Shown piece by piece: positions 58,209 to 64,000 of a stretch of 64,000 nucleotides of DNA (position 1 is the first letter of the stretch; each line of letters starts with the position of its first letter). Source of the stretch: a virus. A model generated the notes under the pieces. It ran no database searches, was not told the origin of the DNA, and was given only the letters and a program-made list of their open reading frames with translations. The stretch lies in the IMG/VR virus record IMGVR_UViG_3300021185_003853, positions 50,313 to 114,312 of that record; one strand, given 5' to 3'. A program made the translations under genes and the position numbers.

Positions 58209-59811
58209 GCGAGGATATAACGGCAACGTAAACCTGAAACGAAAAGGGACTTCGATTGAGTTCTCTCAGGATATGGTTGCTGAATTTATCAAGTGCGCTC
58301 AGAATCCAACATACTTCGCAGAAAAGTATATTCAAATCGTTCATGTAGATAGAGGATTAATACCGATATCTTTGTACGATTATCAGAAAGAGATTGTCGA
58401 AAAGATAACAAACAATCGTAGAGTAACAGTTGTAACATCAAGACAGGCGGGTAAAACAACAACTGCTGTTGCTGTGATTCTGCACTATGTTCTATTTAAT
58501 GAGCATAAGACTTGTGCTTTACTTGCTAACAAAGGCGATGCGGCTCGTGAAATACTTGATCGAATTAAGATTGCATACGAAGCATTGCCTAAGTGGTTAC
58601 AGCAAGGTGTGATCGAATGGAACAAGGGTTCTGTTGAATTTGAGAACGGATGTAAAATCATCGCAGGTGCAACATCGTCAAGTGCGATTCGTGGTAAGTC
58701 GATTTCGTTCTTGTATATTGATGAAACAGCATTCGTAGAGAACTGGGATGAGTTCTTTGCATCGGTATTTCCAACGATTTCATCTGGTGAAACAACAAAG
58801 ATGTTATACACATCAACACCAAATGGGTTGAATCACTTTTACAAAACATGTGAAGGTGCAAAAGAAAACATCAACGGATTTGAGTATGTTGAAGTGCCCT
58901 GGCAACGTGTTCCTGGTCGTGATGACAAATGGAAAGTAGAAACACTCGCCGCAATGGATAACGATACGCAAAAGTTTACGCAAGAATTTGAATGCGGATT
59001 CTTAGGATCTTCAGGCACATTGATCGAAGGAAGTAAACTCAAATCAATGGTTATACGTAATCCTATACATGAAACAAAAACTCTTAAAATGTATGAATCG
59101 CCTGAAGAAGAAAGGGTGTATGTTTTAGTTGCAGACGTATCAAGAGGCAAGGGACTAGATTACTCAGCATTTACCGTTGTAGACGTCACGACAACCCCGT
59201 ATAAGCAAGTTTGCACGTTCAGGGATAACATGACAACCCCTATGGACTATGCTGAAATTATATATAGAGTAATAAGCAATTATAATAATTGTTATGTTCT
59301 GATTGAAATTAACGATATTGGCGAACAAGTATCTGATATTCTCATCAACGAATTTGAAGTCGATACGTTATTGTTCACAGAACATGCAGGAAGGTCGGGA
59401 AAACGAGTAACAACAGGGTTTTCAGGCAAAGGAGCAGATAAAGGCATACGTACAACCAAAACTGTTAAATCGATAGGTTGTAATACGCTAAAATTATTAG
59501 TTGAACAGGATCAACTTATAATAACAGATTTTGATACGATTAACGAACTTTCTACTTTTTCAAGAAGGAAGAATTCTTATGAAGCGGAACCAGGAGCACA
59601 CGATGATACAGTAATGTGTTTAGTGCTCTTCGCATGGTTGTCAACTCAAGCATATTTTAAAGAATTGACTGATATTAATACTATGCAACTATTAAAGGAA
59701 GGTAAGGATGAAGCAATGATGGAAAGCATGCTTCCAATGGGATTCAACACATTAAATGACGCTGAAGAATCGTTTGTCGATAACTCAGGAGATCGTTGGT
59801 TTACTTTCTAA
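58198..59811 (+). CDS. gp17: Terminase large subunit gp17
   Basis: Walker A SRQAGKTT, Walker B LYIDETAF, STPNG, ADVSRGKGLDYS and HDDTVM. Confidence 0.97.
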   Translation: MNLERGYNGNVNLKRKGTSIEFSQDMVAEFIKCAQNPTYFAEKYIQIVHVDRGLIPISLYDYQKEIVEKITNNRRVTVVTSRQAGKTTTAVAVILHYVLFNEHKTCALLANKGDAAREILDRIKIAYEALPKWLQQGVIEWNKGSVEFENGCKIIAGATSSSAIRGKSISFLYIDETAFVENWDEFFASVFPTISSGETTKMLYTSTPNGLNHFYKTCEGAKENINGFEYVEVPWQRVPGRDDKWKVETLAAMDNDTQKFTQEFECGFLGSSGTLIEGSKLKSMVIRNPIHETKTLKMYESPEEERVYVLVADVSRGKGLDYSAFTVVDVTTTPYKQVCTFRDNMTTPMDYAEIIYRVISNYNNCYVLIEINDIGEQVSDILINEFEVDTLLFTEHAGRSGKRVTTGFSGKGADKGIRTTKTVKSIGCNTLKLLVEQDQLIITDFDTINELSTFSRRKNSYEAEPGAHDDTVMCLVLFAWLSTQAYFKELTDINTMQLLKEGKDEAMMESMLPMGFNTLNDAEESFVDNSGDRWFTF

Positions 59812-59822
59812 ATCAAGTATAT

Positions 59823-59830
59823 TATAAATA
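59823..59830 (+). promoter_or_regulatory. T4-type late promoter TATAAATA
   Basis: Exact consensus upstream of gp18. Confidence 0.85.
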
Positions 59831-59891
59831 ATAGAACAAAACAAAAACTTGAAAAAGTATTAACTTATAATAAAAAAGGGAGAAATGACAA

Positions 59892-62033
59892 ATGGCTTTT
59901 CAACTAAGTCCAGGCATAAATGTCAGCGAAATTGATTTAACAAATGCTGTGCCTGCTGTTGGTACTAGCGAGGGTGCTTTTGTAGGTACTTTTCGTTGGG
60001 GTCCAACGAATGAAAGAGTGCTGATTAGTTCAGAATCACAACTAGCAGCAAGGTTTGGTAAACCATACATCAGTGCAGATGGCACATGGAGTAACCAACA
60101 ATCATTCTTTTCAGCGGCCAACTTTTTATCATATAGCAGTGCACTGTATGTGACACGAACCGATGATGCTACTGCCGCAAAAGGCGGTGCTACAATATTT
60201 AGCGCAAAATATAAAGGGTTATTAGGTAATTCACTAAAGGTGATTGCTTGTGATGACGGCGTTAATAGTTTTTTTGATGCAAATGGCGCACCTAGCTCTA
60301 CAATTGCATTGACACAAGGATCATTCAGCGCAACAGTTACAGGTGCAACCCCTAGTGTGGGTGTTGCAACAACTTTTGATGCTTCAAGCGCTAGTGTTGT
60401 TCGTACTGACGATGCTGCAGATGGCGATACCCCAGGTAACAGTTTCACTATCGCAGCTCATGGGTTTACTACTGGTCAACCCCTAGTATACAGTAACGGC
60501 AGTGCAGTTGATAGTGCAGACACTATTGGCGGATTAAGCACTGGGCAGACGTACTATGCTGTTGTGACAGGAACTGATTACATCCAACTTTCAAATACTG
60601 AAGCAAATGCGCTTGCTGACACACCTCAAGTGCTTGACCTATTCGGTACCGGTGCCGCCGGCTCGTCATTTACAACTATTGCATCAACTTCAACAGTAAA
60701 TAATTATTTTGAAGCTGGCGGATATATTGTTATTGATGATGATGAATATGAAATCGCATCAGTGGGTGTTCATGAATCTAACGCAAACACAATTTCATTA
60801 AACCTACAAAACAAATATTGGGGCCCAACCCAAACTGGCGTATCATATGGATACCAGTGGGAAGGATCAGGTGTATTTGACAATAGTCCTACAACAGGTC
60901 GTGTTCATGTTGCAGTAATTGATGTAACCGGTACGATTTCAGGAGTTGCAGGCACTATTTTAGAAACCTATGATAGTGTTTCAATTGTCGATACAAGTGC
61001 AAAACAATTCGATGGAACAAGTGCATATCTTCGTGATCTATTAGAATTGAATTCAGATTATATTGAATTCCAGGCTGATGTTGAAGATGCTGCTGCAGAC
61101 ACTGCAATCTTAGGCACATTCACTGAAGTGTTTACCGGAGGCAATGACGGGCAATCTGAAACAGCAGGCGATTTCACAACAGGAAAGGTGATGGCGGGTT
61201 GGGATATATACAAGAATCCCGAAGACGTTGACATTTCATTAGTTATTACAGGTATGGCAAATGCTGATATTCAAAATTATGTAATGGACAATATTGCAGA
61301 ATCACGAAAAGATTGTGTCGCATTCTTATCTCCACGCAAAGAAGATGATACCGCTCAAAAGATTGTTGCATACTCTGTGCCATTATCAGGAAGTTCATAT
61401 TCCGTTATTGATAGTGGGTATAAATATCAGTATGACAAATACAATGACAAATATGTTTGGATTCCATTAAATGGTGATGTTGCCGGGTTGTGTGCAAGAA
61501 CTGACGAAGAAAGAGATCCGTGGTTCTCACCTGCTGGTTACAACAGAGGTCAAATTAAGAATGTTGTTAAACTTAATTTGAATCCGAATAAAACGCAACG
61601 TGACTTATTGTACAAAAACAATATCAACCCAGTAATTATTGAACCTGGTTCAGGCGCAATCTTATTTGGTGACAAAACAATGCAAAGAAATCCAAGCGCA
61701 TTTGATAGAATCAATGTACGTAGATTGTTCATTGTACTAGAAAAAGCAATTGCATTAGCATCTAAGAGTACATTGTTTGAGTTCAATGATGAATTTACAC
61801 GAGGCACTTTCAGAAACATGATCGAGCCGTTCTTACGTGATGTGCAAGGTAGACGAGGCATTTATGACTTTAAAGTGGTTTGTGACGAAACAAACAATAC
61901 TGGCGAAGTCATTGATACGAACAGATTTATCGGCGACATTTACATTAAACCTGCTCGTTCTATTAACTTCATTCAGTTGAACTTTGTTGCAGTACGAACT
62001 GGTGTAGAATTTAACGAAATTATAGGTCAATAA
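59892..62033 (+). CDS. gp18: Tail sheath protein gp18 with inserted accessory domains
   Basis: MAFQLSPGINVSEIDLT, WFSPAGYNRG, FDRINVRRLF and KPARSINFIQLNF. Confidence 0.97.
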   Translation: MAFQLSPGINVSEIDLTNAVPAVGTSEGAFVGTFRWGPTNERVLISSESQLAARFGKPYISADGTWSNQQSFFSAANFLSYSSALYVTRTDDATAAKGGATIFSAKYKGLLGNSLKVIACDDGVNSFFDANGAPSSTIALTQGSFSATVTGATPSVGVATTFDASSASVVRTDDAADGDTPGNSFTIAAHGFTTGQPLVYSNGSAVDSADTIGGLSTGQTYYAVVTGTDYIQLSNTEANALADTPQVLDLFGTGAAGSSFTTIASTSTVNNYFEAGGYIVIDDDEYEIASVGVHESNANTISLNLQNKYWGPTQTGVSYGYQWEGSGVFDNSPTTGRVHVAVIDVTGTISGVAGTILETYDSVSIVDTSAKQFDGTSAYLRDLLELNSDYIEFQADVEDAAADTAILGTFTEVFTGGNDGQSETAGDFTTGKVMAGWDIYKNPEDVDISLVITGMANADIQNYVMDNIAESRKDCVAFLSPRKEDDTAQKIVAYSVPLSGSSYSVIDSGYKYQYDKYNDKYVWIPLNGDVAGLCARTDEERDPWFSPAGYNRGQIKNVVKLNLNPNKTQRDLLYKNNINPVIIEPGSGAILFGDKTMQRNPSAFDRINVRRLFIVLEKAIALASKSTLFEFNDEFTRGTFRNMIEPFLRDVQGRRGIYDFKVVCDETNNTGEVIDTNRFIGDIYIKPARSINFIQLNFVAVRTGVEFNEIIGQ

Positions 62034-62047
62034 AGGAGTAGTAACAA

Positions 62048-62602
62048 ATGGCTTTCAACATTAATGAAATGAGAAGTCAGTTAACCGCTGGTGGCGCTAA
62101 AGGGTCTCTTTTCCAGGTACAGATCACAAACCCTGTAACTGGCGTAGCAGACATCAAAGTGCCGTTTATGGTTAGGGCTACTCAGATTCCAGAATCGAGT
62201 TTAGGCACAATTGAAGTACCATACTTCGGGCGTAAACTTAAATTAGCTGGTGATAGAACATTCCCACAATGGACTGTGACTATCATCAATGACGAGGATT
62301 TCCTTGTTCGTGATGCGATGGAACAATGGAGTGCAGCAATAAACTCACACGTAGGTAATCTACGAGGGTTAGGAACAGCATCTCCTTCACAGTACAAAGC
62401 ACAAGCGCAAGTGATACAATATTCCAAGACAGGTGTTCCACTTCGCACTTATCAGTTTAACGGAATTTATCCTCAGTCAATTGCATCTATTCCGTTAGAT
62501 TGGGAAACAGTAGATGCTATTGAAACATTTGATGTAACCTTCGACTTCGATTATTGGGAAGTAGTTGGTGGTATTACCGGAACTGGCGGAACTAACGCTT
62601 AA
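62048..62602 (+). CDS. gp19: Tail tube protein gp19
   Basis: VPYFGRKLKLAGDRTF..WTVTIINDEDF..R..ME.W motif. Confidence 0.97.
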   Translation: MAFNINEMRSQLTAGGAKGSLFQVQITNPVTGVADIKVPFMVRATQIPESSLGTIEVPYFGRKLKLAGDRTFPQWTVTIINDEDFLVRDAMEQWSAAINSHVGNLRGLGTASPSQYKAQAQVIQYSKTGVPLRTYQFNGIYPQSIASIPLDWETVDAIETFDVTFDFDYWEVVGGITGTGGTNA

Positions 62603-62604
62603 TC

Positions 62605-62637
62605 GAGAAGGGGCAGTATTGCCCCTATCTCTTTCTT
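62605..62637 (+). terminator. Rho-independent terminator after gp19
   Basis: Stem AGGGGCA-GTAT-TGCCCCT, extended by GAGA/TCTC, followed by TTTCTT. Confidence 0.7.
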
Positions 62638-62651
62638 AAGGAGTATATATA

Positions 62652-64000
62652 ATGGCGATTGAACTTTTTGGTTTTCAAATTCAGAGAAAAGAAGAAGAGA
62701 ACAAAAACGTAAAATCATTTGTTGAACCGACCCAAGATGATGGTGCGGTTAATGTTTCTGCCGCTGGCGGAGCAATCAGTAGTTTCCTTGATTTAGAGGG
62801 TGCTGCAAAATCCGAAGCGGAAGTGGTTCAGAAATATCGAACCATGATGCAACAACCCGAGGTGGTTGCTGCTGTAGATGATATTGTAAATGAGGCAGTC
62901 AACATAACCTTCAACGAAAAACCTGTTGAATGCGTTACTGATGATTTGCCTCTATCTGACGGCATTAAGAAAAAAGTCAGAGAAGAGTTTGATACAATTT
63001 TGCAAATGCTTGATTTTTCAAACATCGGTTATGATATTTTCTCAAAATGGTATGTAGATGGGCGATTAAACTATCACGTACTAATTGATGAAACCGCTCC
63101 AAAGAAAGGTATACAAGAATTACGTTACATCGATCCACGAAAGATTAGAAAGATTCGTGAGTACGAAAAAGAGAAAGTAGGATCAACGGGCAATCCCGGA
63201 TTCGTAAAACGAATTAAGAATGAGTATTATATCTATAATGAAAAAGGATTTAATGCTACACAGAATACAAGCATCACAAACGGTCCTGCAACATCAGGAT
63301 TGAAGATTGCTAAAGATTCAATTGTTCATACAAACTCAGGTTTGATGAATGAAAATAATTCATTAGTATTGTCGCATTTACATAAAGCGTTCAAACCATT
63401 GAATCAATTAAGAATGATGGAAGATGCGGTAACGATTTATCGTATCTCTAGAGCACCAGAACGCAGAGTGTTTTATATTGATGTGGGTAATTTGCCTAAA
63501 ATGAAGGCAGAGCAATACTTGCGTGATATGATGACAAAACACAAGAATCGTGTTGTATATGATGCGAGTTCAGGTGAAGTACGTGATGACAGAAGACATA
63601 TGTCAATGACTGATGACTTTTGGTTGCCACGTAGAGAAGGCGGAAGAGGAACAGAGATTACAACATTACCAGGCGGACAAAACCTTGGTGAAATGGAAGA
63701 TGTGCTATACTTCCAGAAAAGATTGTATAAAGCGTTAAATGTTCCTATTTCACGATTAGAATCTGATTCAGGTTTCTCGCTAGGCAGAGCATCAGAGATC
63801 AGTCGTGATGAAGTTAAATTCTCGAAGTTTATTCGCAGATTACGAGCAAGATTTTCAATATTGTTTGATAAAGTGTTAGAGAAACAGTTAATCCTAAAAG
63901 GTGTTATTTCACCTGAGGATTGGAACGAAATCAAACAAAATATACGATATGATTTCCAGATTGATAATCATTTTGATGAATTGAAAACTGCAGAAATTTT
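62652..64000 (+). CDS. gp20: Portal protein gp20, truncated by window end (absent from the ORF track)
   Basis: AAGGAG RBS, then MAIELFGFQI...WYVDGRL...ELRYIDPRKIRK...IYRISRAPERRVFYIDVGNLPK...DFWLPRREGGRGTEITTLPGGQNLG. Confidence 0.97.
   Translation, partial: MAIELFGFQIQRKEEENKNVKSFVEPTQDDGAVNVSAAGGAISSFLDLEGAAKSEAEVVQKYRTMMQQPEVVAAVDDIVNEAVNITFNEKPVECVTDDLPLSDGIKKKVREEFDTILQMLDFSNIGYDIFSKWYVDGRLNYHVLIDETAPKKGIQELRYIDPRKIRKIREYEKEKVGSTGNPGFVKRIKNEYYIYNEKGFNATQNTSITNGPATSGLKIAKDSIVHTNSGLMNENNSLVLSHLHKAFKPLNQLRMMEDAVTIYRISRAPERRVFYIDVGNLPKMKAEQYLRDMMTKHKNRVVYDASSGEVRDDRRHMSMTDDFWLPRREGGRGTEITTLPGGQNLGEMEDVLYFQKRLYKALNVPISRLESDSGFSLGRASEISRDEVKFSKFIRRLRARFSILFDKVLEKQLILKGVISPEDWNEIKQNIRYDFQIDNHFDELKTAEI

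Noticed and set aside
1586-63934. Numerous short antisense or alternate-frame ORFs in the track (e.g. 38851-39444, 59900-60448, 63473-63934, 35782-36276)
   Set aside because: They lie within long genes, show no recognisable motifs and have shadow-ORF composition.
58198-64000. Intein, intron or homing endonuclease in terminase, sheath or portal genes
   Set aside because: The frames are continuous and of normal length, with no splicing or endonuclease motifs seen.
1-64000. tRNA, rRNA, CRISPR array or IS element
   Set aside because: The window is almost fully coding with intergenic gaps under 100 bp; no repeat-spacer or cloverleaf patterns were seen.
1-64000. Assigning a cyanobacterial host
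   Set aside because: The layout is cyanomyophage-like but is shared by T4-like phages of other aquatic bacteria, and no host-diagnostic auxiliary genes lie in this window.

Overview
This window is the late (virion morphogenesis) region of a large, AT-rich T4-like myophage with a marine cyanomyophage-type layout. The order is gp25-gp6-gp7-gp8, then about 46 kb of large fibre, spike and accessory virion genes where T4 has gp9-gp12/wac, then gp13-gp14-gp15-gp16-gp17-gp18-gp19 and a truncated gp20. TATAAATA late promoters are present; I found no RNA genes, CRISPR arrays or mobile elements. Main finding: six helical repeats in two virion proteins resemble phycobiliprotein (globin-fold) subunits, each keeping the K-C-x-R-D motif around the bilin-attachment cysteine. 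Four of them form duplicated, apparently circularly permuted A/B pairs. This suggests a possibly bilin-bearing, light-responsive virion. Second finding: domains are repeatedly inserted inside other domains, up to six nested levels in one LRR protein whose innermost domain has an intact type-1 copper motif. Two small modules also recur across fibres and core tail proteins. Other findings are a gp38-like adhesin split by an S74 chaperone, an apparently inactive M15 peptidase and a palindromic bidirectional late promoter. All family calls come from reading motifs by eye, with no searches run, and the host cannot be determined from this window.
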